Assembly (NCBI GenBank): GCA_965222075.1
Contig: OZ244937.1
Span: forward strand, 448,001-512,000
From: Candidatus Latescibacterota bacterium
GTDB lineage: Bacteria > Latescibacterota > UBA2968 > GCA-2709665
Direction: 5' to 3'
Length of the DNA: 64,000 nt
Every line of letters starts with the position of its first letter. Position 1 is the stretch's first letter. The position numbers and the translations under genes were made by a program. The notes under the pieces are model-generated. The model was not told where the DNA came from. It made no database searches and saw nothing but the letters and a program-made list of their open reading frames with translations. Shown here piece by piece: positions 19,199-28,872 of this stretch.

Positions 19199-21193
19199 AT
19201 GTGCGGTTTGACGGGATTTCTGGGGCCCGAACAAAGCGATGACCTGGCCGATCTGGTTAGAGGCATGGCAGCGCCGCTCACCCCCCGTGGCCCGGACGAT
19301 TTCGGGGTGTGGACGGACGGTGCGGCCGGTGTTGCCCTGGGCCATTGTCGTTTGGCCATTCTCGACCTTTCTGCCCAAGGCCACCAACCCATGCATTCCG
19401 CATGCGGGCGCTATGTTCTGGTTGTCAACGGGGAGATCTACAATTTTAAGGTTTTGCGAGAGGAGTTAGAGGCTCTGGGCCATTCTTTCCGTGGCCGTTC
19501 GGATACAGAGGTGATGCTGGCGGCGATCGGTCAATGGGGCGTGGAAAGGGCCGTGGGACGCTTCAACGGCATGTTTGCTTTTGCGCTGTGGGACCGTCAC
19601 ACCCGAAAGCTGTACCTGGCCAGGGACAGGGTGGGCATCAAACCTTTATACTACGGTTGGATCGGCAAGGTCTTCGTGTTTGGGTCGGAGTTGAAGGCGA
19701 TCCGGGCACATCCGGAATTTCAGCGGGAGATTGACCGAAACGCTGCTGCGCTCTTGATGCGTTACACCTACATCCCTGCGCCCTGTTCCGTATACAAGGG
19801 GATCTACAAGCTTTTGCCCGGTACGATCTTAACCGTGACAGGTGACAGGGTCGCAAAGGGGGACGATTTTTCGCCTCACGCCTCACGCTGCGCCTCTGCG
19901 TGGGGGCCTGTGCCTTACTGGTCTGCGAGGGATAGCGTCGAGCAGGGGGTTGCCCACCCTTTCAAGGGCAGTGATGAAAAGGCGGTTGAACAGCTCGATC
20001 GCTTGCTGCGCGATGCGGTCGGTTTGCGCATGGTAGCAGACGTTCCTCTGGGGGCTTTTCTTTCGGGTGGGATCGATTCTTCGACGGTTGTTGCGCTTAT
20101 GCAGACACAGAGCGACCGGCCGGTGAGGACTTTTTCCATCGGGTTTAACGAAGCGGGGTACAATGAAGCGGTCTATGCCAAAGCGGTGGCCGGGCATCTG
20201 GGCACCGACCATACGGAGTTGTACGTGACTTCGAAAGAGATGTTGGGCGTGCTTTCCAGGCTGCCCACGTTATACGACGAACCGTTTGCCGATTCTTCAC
20301 AGATCCCGACGTTTCTGGTGTCGCAGCTGACCCGGCAACACGTGACGGTGAGCCTTTCCGGGGATGGGGGGGACGAACTCTTCTGCGGCTACGACCGCTA
20401 CGGTGTAAGCCGTATGCTCTGGCAGAAGACCCGGTGGTTGCCCAGGCCCATCCGGTGTACGGTATCCAGGGTCCTCTCGGCCCTGCCCACGTCCGCATGG
20501 GACCGGGCCTCCAGGTGGACGGCGCCGCTGTTCAACCAGCACGGGCATGCCGATCGGGTCAGCGACAAGCTCTACAAGCTGGCCGATGTGTTGGCCGAGG
20601 AGACGCCGGAAGCACTCTATCGCGAATTGGTCTCACACTGGGAGGACGCCCCTGCTCTTGTGCGGGGTGCGGTGGAACCAAAGACGGTTTTCACAGACTC
20701 CGAAGGGTGGGCGGACCTGCCTGACTTTACGCAGTGGATGATGTATCTGGATCTGGTCAGCTACTTGCCCTGCGATATCCTGACCAAGGTGGACCGGGCC
20801 AGCATGGGGGCAGGCTTAGAGGCCCGGGTGCCGCTGCTGGACCACCGGGTGGTCGCGTTCGCCTGGCGCGTGCCGATGTCGATGAAGGTCCGGGCCGGGC
20901 AGGGGAAGTGGCTGCTGCGGCAGGTTTTGTACAAATATGTGCCCAGGGAGCTGTTTGCGCGCCCGAAAATGGGGTTTGGCGTGCCTATCGGGACCTGGCT
21001 TCGGGGACCCTTGCGGGACTGGGCCGAGGGGTTATTGGATGAGCGGCGTTTGCGCAACGAGGGGATTTTCAACCCAAACCCACTACGCGAAAGGTGGGAC
21101 GAACACCTCTGTGGCAAGCGCAACTGGCAGCATGAGCTGTGGAGTGTGCTGATGTTTCAGGCCTGGCTGGAAGACCAGGCCGGGGCGTCCTGA
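19199..21193 (+). CDS. asnB: Asparagine synthase (glutamine-hydrolysing)-like amidotransferase
   Basis: N-terminal MCG, RGPD, RLAILDL, NGEIYN, LSGGIDSS, SGDGGDELF, LEARVPLLD. Confidence 0.95.
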   Translation: MCGLTGFLGPEQSDDLADLVRGMAAPLTPRGPDDFGVWTDGAAGVALGHCRLAILDLSAQGHQPMHSACGRYVLVVNGEIYNFKVLREELEALGHSFRGRSDTEVMLAAIGQWGVERAVGRFNGMFAFALWDRHTRKLYLARDRVGIKPLYYGWIGKVFVFGSELKAIRAHPEFQREIDRNAAALLMRYTYIPAPCSVYKGIYKLLPGTILTVTGDRVAKGDDFSPHASRCASAWGPVPYWSARDSVEQGVAHPFKGSDEKAVEQLDRLLRDAVGLRMVADVPLGAFLSGGIDSSTVVALMQTQSDRPVRTFSIGFNEAGYNEAVYAKAVAGHLGTDHTELYVTSKEMLGVLSRLPTLYDEPFADSSQIPTFLVSQLTRQHVTVSLSGDGGDELFCGYDRYGVSRMLWQKTRWLPRPIRCTVSRVLSALPTSAWDRASRWTAPLFNQHGHADRVSDKLYKLADVLAEETPEALYRELVSHWEDAPALVRGAVEPKTVFTDSEGWADLPDFTQWMMYLDLVSYLPCDILTKVDRASMGAGLEARVPLLDHRVVAFAWRVPMSMKVRAGQGKWLLRQVLYKYVPRELFARPKMGFGVPIGTWLRGPLRDWAEGLLDERRLRNEGIFNPNPLRERWDEHLCGKRNWQHELWSVLMFQAWLEDQAGAS

Positions 21194-21241
21194 TGGCAGG
21201 CGCCTGGGGAGTTGAAAATTGGCCCAACCCTTCCCCAAGCT

Positions 21242-22276
21242 ATGTCCACCTATTACGAGCGTAAAATCCGATCCCTCAAGCGTATGTTCGATACCAGGGA
21301 TATCGTTTTAGAGTCCGACGCTGTGGTTGTAAACCATAAGCGATATCCGATTGTCGAGGATGTGATTGTTTTATCCGAGCCGGATCATTATACCGATTTT
21401 GTCAGGATGAAGATAGAACCTGAAACCGGGGTAGTTGACAACCAGGCGAAAGGTTCCGCAGGCCGCTTCGACGGTTCGTTGGCGTTTGCGGAGGAGGTCC
21501 GGTTCTCTTTTGGAGAGGAGTGGAAGGCTTACGGGGATATCTTGATTGAGCATGAAGAGGAGTTCTACCAGTATTTCGATCTTGTCGATTTGACGGCTTT
21601 GCACGATCTGCGCGTGTGCGACCTGGGCTGTGGAAACGGGCGCTGGAGTTACCATTTGAAAGGGATTTGCAAAGAGATTGTGCTCGTTGATTTTTCCGAT
21701 GCGATTTTTGTGGCAAGAAGGAATCTCTCCGATGCGGACAACTGCCTGTTTTTTATGTGCGATCTGAAGACCCTTCCGTTTAAGGAGAATTTTGTCGATT
21801 TCTTATTCTGTCTGGGCGTTTTGCACCACCTGCCTACCCCCTGCCTGGATGAGGTCCGCAATCTAAAAAGGTTTGCGCCTACCCTCCTTGTTTATCTTTA
21901 TTATTCTCTGGACAACCGGCCTGTCTATTTTCGTTTGCTCCTGAGAATGGTGACGCGCTTACGCTTGCGCGTTTCCAATGTCCGCAGCGCTGTTTTCAGG
22001 AAGCTGTTCGCCCGCGTCCTGGCGGTTTCGGTATACCTGCCGCTTATCTTTCTGGGGCATGTCCTGAAGTCCCTGGGGTTGGGCCGTTATGTTCCCCTGT
22101 TTGAAGTGTATTGCAATAAAAGCGTTCAACGGATTGCACAGGATGTTTACGACCGGTTTTTTACGGGTGTTGAGCAGCGGGTTTCCCGTCAGGATATTTT
22201 GGCGCTGCAGGATGCGTTTAAGCGTGTAGAAATATCGGACAATCTGCCCTATTATCACTTCCTCTGTGAGCAGTGA
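21242..22276 (+). CDS. Class I SAM-dependent methyltransferase
   Basis: VCDLGCGNGRW, CLGVLHHLP; lower GC than the flanks. Confidence 0.85.
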   Translation: MSTYYERKIRSLKRMFDTRDIVLESDAVVVNHKRYPIVEDVIVLSEPDHYTDFVRMKIEPETGVVDNQAKGSAGRFDGSLAFAEEVRFSFGEEWKAYGDILIEHEEEFYQYFDLVDLTALHDLRVCDLGCGNGRWSYHLKGICKEIVLVDFSDAIFVARRNLSDADNCLFFMCDLKTLPFKENFVDFLFCLGVLHHLPTPCLDEVRNLKRFAPTLLVYLYYSLDNRPVYFRLLLRMVTRLRLRVSNVRSAVFRKLFARVLAVSVYLPLIFLGHVLKSLGLGRYVPLFEVYCNKSVQRIAQDVYDRFFTGVEQRVSRQDILALQDAFKRVEISDNLPYYHFLCEQ

Positions 22277-22329
22277 TCGGGGCTTGAAACGGATTTTTTG
22301 CGAAAGCCGAACGGCTGTGGAGAGATCAC

Positions 22330-23169
22330 GTGCTGCCCAATTTTCTTATCATTGGCGCGCAAAAATGCGGCACCACCTGGCTTGCCTCCTTGCTCCGGCA
22401 ACATCCCGATGTGTACATGCCAGAAGCAGAGATTCACTTCTTTGATAAAGCGTGTAATTATGCCAGGGGTACAGATTGGTATGAAAGACATTTTGCAGGT
22501 GCCAGGGGTGAGAAGGCGATTGGAGAAAAGACCCCGGATTACTTCTGGGCCAATGGACAGGGTGGGGAAGGGCATTTGCCCAATGTGCATCAAAACATCC
22601 ACGACGTTTTGCCAGACGCAAAGTTGATCGTGGCTTTGAAAAATCCGGTCGATCGCGCCATTTCCGCTGTGAGACACATTATCCGAAGCGGCCGAATTTC
22701 ACCTTTTCACAAGATGGACGATTTGCTGGTCGGTGAAAAGAGGTACCTGCTGGAGGGGTACGGCGTTTTCGAGGTGGGGAAATTCCATACGCTGTTAAAG
22801 GCCTACCTGGAGTTGTTTGACCCCGGTCAAATCTTAATCCTTGTTTTTGAAGAGGACATCGTTGAAAATCCATCCCGTGGATTGAGGAAGGTCTGTGGGT
22901 TTTTGGACATCGAGTCCTCCTGGAGATTCTTAAACGTGGACGAAAAAGCGAATGCGTTCAACAGTTCAACATTGCACCTGACGGTCAAATACTACCTTCC
23001 CTTTCTATCCTCGCTCTCTCGACATCTGGAGGCATTTTTGCCTGCGGCCCAATATACGCCCAGCCGGCCGGTTACCGAGCACCTGTACCGTGTCTATGAA
23101 GCGGAAAACAAAAGGCTGTTTGCGCTTTTAAAAAGGCAACCGCCAAAATCGTGGTTGCCGCCTCTATAA
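22330..23169 (+). CDS. PAPS-dependent sulfotransferase
   Basis: 5'-PSB IIGAQKCGTTWL, EIHFFD, GEKTPDY, 3'-PB LKNPVDRAIS. Confidence 0.92.
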   Translation: MLPNFLIIGAQKCGTTWLASLLRQHPDVYMPEAEIHFFDKACNYARGTDWYERHFAGARGEKAIGEKTPDYFWANGQGGEGHLPNVHQNIHDVLPDAKLIVALKNPVDRAISAVRHIIRSGRISPFHKMDDLLVGEKRYLLEGYGVFEVGKFHTLLKAYLELFDPGQILILVFEEDIVENPSRGLRKVCGFLDIESSWRFLNVDEKANAFNSSTLHLTVKYYLPFLSSLSRHLEAFLPAAQYTPSRPVTEHLYRVYEAENKRLFALLKRQPPKSWLPPL

Positions 23170-23436
23170 GAAATGGCGCCCTATCGTCTGACGCCCATAG
23201 ATGTGACCCTATTTCGGGAATAAGATGTTGGTGGTCAATAAGTTATGTAAATCTTATGCGCGATGCCCCGTTTGGCTGCCCTGTCGCTTTTTTTTTTTAC
23301 GTTGTTAAGGGATATTTATTACCTGTTGATTTCTATGCAACCTATGATTATATTTGTGAGGCTTTAACCGTTCGGTTGGGCAGGGTTGCTTGCCTCACGG
23401 TATTTTTTGTATCTCAGGAATACGGGAAAGAGAGTT

Positions 23437-24267
23437 GTGGATTTTGGAAATGTTTGGAGTATAACCAAACCTTATATACCGAAAAAAGCGTTTCCGCTTA
23501 TTGTATTTTTCTACAGAACCTGCATGAGAATTCGCTGCTGGTACGTGGGCCTGTGGGATCAACGGCATATCAAACAGACCGGGTTTGACCGACTGCCCCC
23601 TGCGCCCCTTCGGTATCGGGTGCACGGTTCGCCCGGGGTTGATGGTTTTTTAAAGGTGGGTAAAAGATGCAGTCAAGATATAGAAGCCGGGCTTATGAAA
23701 ATCGGCAGAGATCCGGGTTCGTTTCAGCACGTTCTGGATTTTGGCTGCGGTTGTGGGCGTACGCTGATATGGTTTGCCAACCGTTCGCACGCGTCCCGGT
23801 TTTATGGGACAGACATTGACGCCGAGGCTATTTCCTGGTGCCACAGCAACCTTGATTTTGCCCGGTGTCGCGTTAACAAGCCGTTGCCGCCCCTGGAAGA
23901 TCCCCCGGAGACGTTCGACCTTATTTTCGCAATAACCGTGTTCACGCAACTCAACGAGGAGTATCAGTTTCGCTGGCTGGGTGAACTCAAACGGGTAGCC
24001 AAACCCAAAGGCATTCTGTTATTGACGGTTCATGGTGAGCATTGCTGGCAGGATCTCGATTGTGAAGTTGCTGCCCGGATAGAAAGAGATGGGTTCCTGT
24101 TCAAAACCTCAAATACGATGCAGGGTATTTTTCCCGAATGGTATCAAACCGCATATCATACCCGGGATTACATTTTCAATAGATACGCCGAATATTTCAC
24201 CATACTGGATTATATTCCAAGAGGTTTGAACAACCATCAGGATATTGTCACCCTTCAAAAGGCTTAA
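23437..24267 (+). CDS. Class I SAM-dependent methyltransferase
   Basis: VLDFGCGCGR, GTDIDAEAI, FDLIFAITVFT, KPKG. Start uncertain (23386-23524). Confidence 0.85.
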   Translation: MDFGNVWSITKPYIPKKAFPLIVFFYRTCMRIRCWYVGLWDQRHIKQTGFDRLPPAPLRYRVHGSPGVDGFLKVGKRCSQDIEAGLMKIGRDPGSFQHVLDFGCGCGRTLIWFANRSHASRFYGTDIDAEAISWCHSNLDFARCRVNKPLPPLEDPPETFDLIFAITVFTQLNEEYQFRWLGELKRVAKPKGILLLTVHGEHCWQDLDCEVAARIERDGFLFKTSNTMQGIFPEWYQTAYHTRDYIFNRYAEYFTILDYIPRGLNNHQDIVTLQKA

Positions 24268-24295
24268 AAGGAGAGATGCATCTGCGAAGGACCGA

Positions 24296-25375
24296 ATGCG
24301 GGTTTTTTTTGTCGCATTGAACGGGCCGCTGGTTGCGGCCAGCCGCACCCGGGTTTTCGATTATCTCCCTTTCTTAGAGGCCAAAGGGGTTGGTGTTGAT
24401 GTGGTTGTTGTCATCCCGGATCGGCTGTCCGCCTGGGTCGATTCGGGAGGACGGTTGCGCCGCCTGGTCTACTACCTGCTGGTGTTGTGGCGCTCGTTCC
24501 GGACTGGGCTACGGAGCGTCCGGGCTGCTTCAAGATACGATGTGGTTTTTATTCAGCGGGCGTTTTTCCCGTCTCCGGTGGCCTGGCTGCTTCGGTTTCG
24601 CCGCCGCAAGGTCGTTTTTGACTTCGACGATGCGATCTTTACCACAGAGGCTCCTGAAGAAGACCGGATGGCCCGGCTTCGGACCTGGCATCACCGGCAG
24701 GCGTTGCCCAGGATGCTGCGTGCGGCTCATCACACGATTGTGGAGAATACCTACACCGGCGCCTATGCAAAGCAGCACTGTCCGGAGGTTTCGATTATTA
24801 CCGGTCCAATCGATACGGAGCGGTACTGTCCAGGCATACGGGAAGCGCGGTTGGAGGTTGTACTGGGTTGGATCGGCACCCGAACTTCGGTGTCCTACCT
24901 GGAGTTGATTCGGGGGCCTCTTGCCGAATTGGGCCGTCGCTATGCCCACCTTCGGCTCTGCCTGATTGGGCCTGGGGGATTTGAGGTGGAGGAGGTGCGG
25001 ACGGTGTGGCGAAACTGGTCTTTGGAGACGGAGGTTGCAGACCTCCGGAGCTTTGATATCGGCCTGATGCCGGTGCCGGATGACGCCTGGACCCGAGGCA
25101 AGGGCGGGTATAAAATTCTTCAGTATTTCGCCATGGGACTTCCGGTTGTGGCGAGTCCGGTGGGAGTTAACCGAGAGATTGTGGAGGATGGGCTCAACGG
25201 GTTTCTGGCAGCGGGCGATGCCGAGTGGGTCGACCGCTTAGAGAGACTCATTCTTGCTCCGCAGTTGTGCCGACGGATGGGAGAGGCAGGATGCCGGAAG
25301 ATGGAGGCATGCTATTCCCTCAACCGGAGCAGCCGGCGGCTCCTGCGCATCCTGGAATCTGTTGTGGACGGGTAA
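24296..25375 (+). CDS. Glycosyltransferase family 4
   Basis: ASRTRV, FDFDDAIF, GWIG, FDIGLMP, KGGYKILQY, ASPVGVN. Confidence 0.9.
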   Translation: MRVFFVALNGPLVAASRTRVFDYLPFLEAKGVGVDVVVVIPDRLSAWVDSGGRLRRLVYYLLVLWRSFRTGLRSVRAASRYDVVFIQRAFFPSPVAWLLRFRRRKVVFDFDDAIFTTEAPEEDRMARLRTWHHRQALPRMLRAAHHTIVENTYTGAYAKQHCPEVSIITGPIDTERYCPGIREARLEVVLGWIGTRTSVSYLELIRGPLAELGRRYAHLRLCLIGPGGFEVEEVRTVWRNWSLETEVADLRSFDIGLMPVPDDAWTRGKGGYKILQYFAMGLPVVASPVGVNREIVEDGLNGFLAAGDAEWVDRLERLILAPQLCRRMGEAGCRKMEACYSLNRSSRRLLRILESVVDG

Positions 25376-25384
25376 TAGAACGCT

Positions 25385-26602
25385 TTGGAAAGGATCCGCA
25401 ATCTTAAACCGGTGCGGGTGGTCCGGGTGATCGACCGCCTGAATGTGGGGGGACCGACCCACCACGTGACGCTCCTTGCCAGAGGCTTGGGAGCACGGGG
25501 CTACGAGACGGTGCTGACAAAGGGTCAGGTGGCGCAGGGCGAGGTGGAGATGGAGGATGTGGTCCGCCAGGCAGGGGTGCAGCCGCAAGAGATTGAGGGG
25601 CTGGGGCGGGCGATTTCTCCGCTTCAGGATGTACAGGCTTTTTGGGGCCTCTACCGGCTGATGCGGCGGTTTCGCCCGCAGGTGGTTCACACCCATAAAG
25701 CGAAGGCAGGCGTGCTGGGTCGGCTGGCGGCCCGGCTGGCCGGGGTGCCGGTGGTGGTTCACACCTTTCACGGGCATGTTTTTCGAGGATATTTTTCGCG
25801 CTGGAAGAGCGGCCTGATTGTGCTGGTTGAGCGGCTGCTGGCGCAGTGTACCGATGCGGTTGTTGCCGTGAGCCGGCCGCTGAGACAGGACCTCCTCTCT
25901 TTCCGGATTGCCCGGCCACCACGGCTGAAGGCCATTCCCCTGGGACTCCGTCTGGAGCCTTTTCTGGCATGCAGGCATACCGATGGTGGTTTCCGAGCGG
26001 AATTGGGGTTTGAGCCGTGTGCGCCCCTGGTGGGTATGCTCCCGCGGTTGGTCCCGATCAAAGGGGTCGATGTCTTTCTAAGGGCGGCACAGCAGGTGGT
26101 GCAGGAGATGCCGGAGGTGCGGTTTGTGGTGGTTGGAGACGGGGAACTCCGGGGGGGGTTAGAAGCACTGGCCCGCCGGTTGGGCCTTGAAGCGCAGGTC
26201 TGTTTTACAGGGTTCCGGCGGGATACGGACAGGATTTACGCCGCCTTGGATCTGGTGGCCCTTTCCTCTTTTAACGAAGGGCTGCCTGTCTCGTTGATTG
26301 AGGCCCTTGCTTCGGGGTGTTATGTGGTGGCCACCCGGGTAGGCGGAGTCTCGGATCTGGTGGTGTCGGAGCGGGTGGGGCTGACGGTTGCACCGGGGGA
26401 CGCCGGTGCTTTGGCCGGGGCGATGTTACAGGCTTTGAGGGGACGCCGCCGGGTGCCGTTGGAAGAGCGCAAGCGGGTGGGGGAACGCTATGGGATCGAT
26501 CGCTTAATGGAAGATGTGGATCGCCTCTATCGGTTACTTCTCGAAGGCAAGCAGAGCACGGGCAACGCCCCGGGCGTCTGTTGGGAGAGGACGAAAGCAT
26601 GA
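25385..26602 (+). CDS. Glycosyltransferase family 4
   Basis: RLNVGGP, HTHKAKAG, HTFHGHV, NEGLPVSLIEA. Confidence 0.92.
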   Translation: MERIRNLKPVRVVRVIDRLNVGGPTHHVTLLARGLGARGYETVLTKGQVAQGEVEMEDVVRQAGVQPQEIEGLGRAISPLQDVQAFWGLYRLMRRFRPQVVHTHKAKAGVLGRLAARLAGVPVVVHTFHGHVFRGYFSRWKSGLIVLVERLLAQCTDAVVAVSRPLRQDLLSFRIARPPRLKAIPLGLRLEPFLACRHTDGGFRAELGFEPCAPLVGMLPRLVPIKGVDVFLRAAQQVVQEMPEVRFVVVGDGELRGGLEALARRLGLEAQVCFTGFRRDTDRIYAALDLVALSSFNEGLPVSLIEALASGCYVVATRVGGVSDLVVSERVGLTVAPGDAGALAGAMLQALRGRRRVPLEERKRVGERYGIDRLMEDVDRLYRLLLEGKQSTGNAPGVCWERTKA

Positions 26603-27573
26603 AGGTTTTGATCACGGGAGGTGCAGGGTTTATCGGGTCGCATCTGGCCGAACGGCTCTTGAACCAGAATGACGAAGTCTACGTGATTGATGATTTGTCG
26701 ACGGGGAGTCTGGACAATATTCGACACCTGGAGGATAACCCCCGGTTTCATCTGAAGATCGGTACAGTGCTGGACAGGGAGGTGATGGAACCCCTGGTAG
26801 ATGGGTGCAACCTCATCTATCACCTGGCCGCTGCGGTAGGGGTCGAGTATATTATTGAAAATCCTCTCCATTCTCTGCTCAACAATATCCGGGGCACCGA
26901 GGTGGTCTTGGAGCTGGCCAATAAGCGGAAGACAAAGGTCATCCTCGCGTCGACCTCTGAGATTTATGGAAAAAAGAACGGGAAGGTGCCCTTTCGGGAA
27001 GACGACGACCGGGTGCTGGGGCCCACGACGGTCATCCGCTGGAGTTATTCCACATCGAAGGCGGTGGATGAGTACTTTGCGCTGGCCTACTGGCGGGAGA
27101 AGAAGCTGCCGGTGGTGATTGTCCGGTTTTTCAACGTGGTCGGCTCCCGGCAGACCGGATACTACGGGAATGTGGTGCCCCGGTTTATCAGACAGGCCCT
27201 GCTGGGGCATCCCATCGCCGTGCACGGCGATGGGGAGCAGCGGCGGTGTTTTACCGATATCGAGGATGCCTTAGAGGGTCTGATCGCCTTAGCCGAACAC
27301 CCCGATGCATCTGGTGAGATCTTCAACTTAGGGTCCAATTTTGAGACCAATGAGATCAGCATTAAAGATCTGGCCCATAAGATCAAGATGTTGACCGATA
27401 GCGATTCGGGCGTTGAGTTTGTGCCTTATGAAAAGGCTTTTGCAAACGGCTGGTACGAAGATCTCCACTACCGGGTGCCCAACCTGGATAAGATTCGGTC
27501 ATTCATAGGCTACGATCCCAAGGTAGACTTAGATACAACGCTGCGGAAGATTATCATATATTATGAGTCTTAA
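26599..27573 (+). CDS. NAD-dependent nucleotide-sugar epimerase/dehydratase
   Basis: LITGGAGFIGSH, ASTSEIYG, YSTSK. Confidence 0.93.
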   Translation: MKVLITGGAGFIGSHLAERLLNQNDEVYVIDDLSTGSLDNIRHLEDNPRFHLKIGTVLDREVMEPLVDGCNLIYHLAAAVGVEYIIENPLHSLLNNIRGTEVVLELANKRKTKVILASTSEIYGKKNGKVPFREDDDRVLGPTTVIRWSYSTSKAVDEYFALAYWREKKLPVVIVRFFNVVGSRQTGYYGNVVPRFIRQALLGHPIAVHGDGEQRRCFTDIEDALEGLIALAEHPDASGEIFNLGSNFETNEISIKDLAHKIKMLTDSDSGVEFVPYEKAFANGWYEDLHYRVPNLDKIRSFIGYDPKVDLDTTLRKIIIYYES

Positions 27574-27597
27574 GCAAGGTCCATCCGGGCGCCGTCT

Positions 27598-28731
27598 TCA
27601 CCCGCCAATTGTCCGGTCGTAAATTTCCTCCAGACGCCTTCCCTGCACCTGCAGATTGTGGTTCGCCTCTACATGGGCGCGGCCGGCCCGGCCTATCTTC
27701 GCATGCAGTTCGGGCGACTTCAAGAGGGCATCCAAGCCTTCGGCCAGCCTACCCACATCCCGTTCTTCAGCCAATATACCGCACTGCCCGTCTATTACGA
27801 TCTCCGGAATGTCGGCATGGTGTGAAGAGACGACCGGCACGCCCGTGGCCATCGCCTCAATCAGCGCGACCGGAGCACCGCCTTCCGTATCCTCATCCGA
27901 CGCGGTTACGCTTGGATAGAGCAGGAGGGTGGCCTTTTTCAGCTCTTGCAGGCTTTCCCCATGCGGTTTCATCCCCAGCAATACCACGCGGTCCTCAAGG
28001 CCAAGGCGTTGGATTTCACGTTCGATCTCTGCGCGCAACGGCCCGTCCCCTACAATGCGCATCCGCAGGCGGGGATGCGCGTCCAGGATTTGACGGAATG
28101 CCCGCAGGCCGTAGACGTGTCCCTTCTTCTCCCGGAATGTTGCGTACATCAACACCACGGGTTGTTCCATGCCCTGCGGTTCTGAGGGAGAAAACGGGAT
28201 CCGGGACAGATCGACGCCCAGGCGCTGGATACGGATCTTCGCCGGAGGGCACCCCAACGCGGCCAGTCGCTCTGCCATGTGCGTACCCTCTGCCAGGAAG
28301 CGTTCCCCTTCGGCGAAGAGCCTCTCAAAACGCCGCCTCCAGGTTTTCTGTTTGGGCAGGGCGGACACATCCACTCCGTAGAAGGTTGTGACCATCGGCA
28401 CGCGGGCGTCCCTGCGGGCCTCCAGACACCGGTAGCCTTCCTGCCCGAAGTGGGCATGGATGACGTCTGCCTGCTCCTGTTTTAAGATGGGGGCATATCC
28501 GGCATACGTCCCCCGCATCTTCCGAACCGCGCGGTAGAGGGTCTGCCGCCACCGGGGCAGGTCCTCCATAGAATAGACGGGGTGGAAGGGAAACGCCTCC
28601 CGGTTGCGGACCGCCTGGGTCAATACCACCGGCCGGTAGCGCGTCAGACTCCGGATCTGGTCGTAGAGCCAGACCATTGTTGGCCCCAGAAATGGAGTGG
28701 CACAGTGTGCTACGGCAGGTCGTGTTTCCAT
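27598..28731 (-). CDS. Glycosyltransferase family 4 (WcaL-like)
   Basis: IHAHFG, TFYGVD, EKKG, DTEGGAPVALIEAMATG. Confidence 0.9.
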   Translation of the reverse strand: METRPAVAHCATPFLGPTMVWLYDQIRSLTRYRPVVLTQAVRNREAFPFHPVYSMEDLPRWRQTLYRAVRKMRGTYAGYAPILKQEQADVIHAHFGQEGYRCLEARRDARVPMVTTFYGVDVSALPKQKTWRRRFERLFAEGERFLAEGTHMAERLAALGCPPAKIRIQRLGVDLSRIPFSPSEPQGMEQPVVLMYATFREKKGHVYGLRAFRQILDAHPRLRMRIVGDGPLRAEIEREIQRLGLEDRVVLLGMKPHGESLQELKKATLLLYPSVTASDEDTEGGAPVALIEAMATGVPVVSSHHADIPEIVIDGQCGILAEERDVGRLAEGLDALLKSPELHAKIGRAGRAHVEANHNLQVQGRRLEEIYDRTIGG

Positions 28732-28872
28732 ACGCCATCCTCATTGCAGACATCAACCGGTTGTGTGCGCACAGCATGGGCTGGAAGGGTATGATGCATC
28801 AGGAGGTGCTGGAAGTCAAGGACATGTTGGATTGAAAAGGTGGGCGATGCATACGGTGATGGATTTGGAGGG

